Part shown: positions 31,312-32,000 of the stretch, piece by piece
Position numbering within the stretch: position 1 is the stretch's first letter
Layout: each line of letters begins with the position of its first letter
Source: Candidatus Portiera aleyrodidarum
Lineage (GTDB): Bacteria; Pseudomonadota; Gammaproteobacteria; Johnevansiales; Johnevansiaceae
Reading direction: 5' to 3'
Assembly (NCBI RefSeq): GCF_000953295.1
Contig: NZ_LN649255.1
Span: forward strand, 120,001 to 152,000
Length of the DNA: 32,000 nt
Position numbers and translations under genes: made by a program
The notes under the pieces: generated by a model
The model's database searches: none
The model's input: only the letters and a program-made list of their open reading frames with translations
Told to the model about the DNA's origin: nothing

Positions 31312-32000
31312 TTATTTTAAATTTTCAAATTTAGTATATTTACCTATAAATCCTATATTTATGACACCAATTGGCCCATTTCTTTGTTTCCCTATTATTA
31401 TTTCTGCTATTCCTTTATTATCTATCTTATCTGTATTATATAATTCATCTCTATAAATAAATAAAATTAAATCTGCATCTTGTTCTATTGCACCAGATTC
31501 TCTTAAATCTGAAATTATTGGCCGTTTATTTATACGTTGTTCTAAAGATCTATTTAATTGTGATACCGCTAATACTGGACAATTAAATTCTTTAGCTATA
31601 CTTTTTAAAGATCTAGATATTTCTGATATTTCAGCAGTTCTGTTATAAGATAATCCAGAAATATGCATCAGTTGTAAATAATCTATCATTATTAAACTTA
31701 TTTTTCCTGTTTCTCTTATAAATCTTCTTATTTTATTTCTGATTTCTATAGGTGAAAGCATAGGAGTGTCATCTACATATAATTTACAATTTTTAATTAA
31801 TTTTAATGATTCCGTTAATTTTAACCAATCATCTTCTCCTATTTTACCTTTTCTTATATTATTTTGATCTATACGACCCAATGAAGACAACATTCTTAAT
31901 ATTATTTGTTCAGCAGGCATTTCCATAGAAAATATTATTACAGGATCTTCTTTATTATTGAGGATTATATATTCTACAATATTCATTGCAAAACTAGTTT
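31312..32000 (-). CDS. dnaB: Replicative DNA helicase DnaB, C-terminal ATPase part (gene continues beyond the right edge)
   Basis: The frame stays open to the window end (..TSFAMNIVEY, the tail of the Walker A GKT(S/T)F block). Also IIFSMEMPAEQIILRMLS, LIMIDYLQLM, SQLNRSLEQR and IIGKQRNGPIG. Confidence 0.93.
   Translation of the reverse strand, partial: TSFAMNIVEYIILNNKEDPVIIFSMEMPAEQIILRMLSSLGRIDQNNIRKGKIGEDDWLKLTESLKLIKNCKLYVDDTPMLSPIEIRNKIRRFIRETGKISLIMIDYLQLMHISGLSYNRTAEISEISRSLKSIAKEFNCPVLAVSQLNRSLEQRINKRPIISDLRESGAIEQDADLILFIYRDELYNTDKIDNKGIAEIIIGKQRNGPIGVINIGFIGKYTKFENLK

Noticed and set aside
1-32000. Alternative genetic code (TGA read as Trp), as in some tiny symbiont genomes.
   Set aside because: TGA ends rplX, rpmC, rplC, rplK and cyoE at the expected lengths, in ATGA overlaps. 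The tRNA-Trp anticodon is CCA, not TCA.
1-32000. Search for a hidden novel system: defence, toxin-antitoxin, secretion, mobile DNA or orphan gene cluster.
   Set aside because: Every ORF of 60 aa or more on the coding strand is a recognisable core housekeeping gene. The non-genic total is about 720 nt and the largest gap is 125 nt. There is no sequence space for an undescribed multi-gene system.

Overview
Extremely AT-rich, gene-dense stretch typical of a reduced obligate-endosymbiont gammaproteobacterial genome. I find 39 protein genes and 4 tRNAs; by my tally only about 720 nt of the 32,000 are non-genic, and the largest gap is 125 nt. Every gene except tsaD is on the minus strand. In transcription order (right to left): dnaB (partial), rsmA, [tsaD on plus], rpsU, rpoD, cyoABCDE, tRNA-Tyr/Gly/Thr/Trp, secE, nusG, rplKAJL, rpoBC, rpsLG, fusA, tuf, the full S10 operon, and the spc operon up to rplF (partial). 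TGA acts as a stop in several ATGA overlaps and tRNA-Trp has a CCA anticodon, so the code is standard. I see no mobile element, CRISPR array, defence or toxin locus, or orphan ORF. All plus-strand ORFs in the track other than tsaD are antisense shadows. I therefore do not claim a novel multi-gene system here. Points worth a second look: (1) a perfect 18-bp x3 tandem repeat copies the nusG-stop/rplK-start junction and makes two SD-equipped 5-codon mini-ORFs; (2) a perfect TTGACA-17-TATAAT promoter sits 6 nt from the rpsL ATG, with no SD; (3) dnaG is missing between rpsU and rpoD, and tufB is missing from the tRNA cluster; (4) the classical r-protein regulatory leaders have collapsed; (5) rpoD lacks most of region 1.1; (6) L1 and the CyoA lipobox are eroded; (7) many in-frame poly(A) tracts of 10-12 nt occur. 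Comparisons with E. coli and Pseudomonas proteins are from memory, not from a search.
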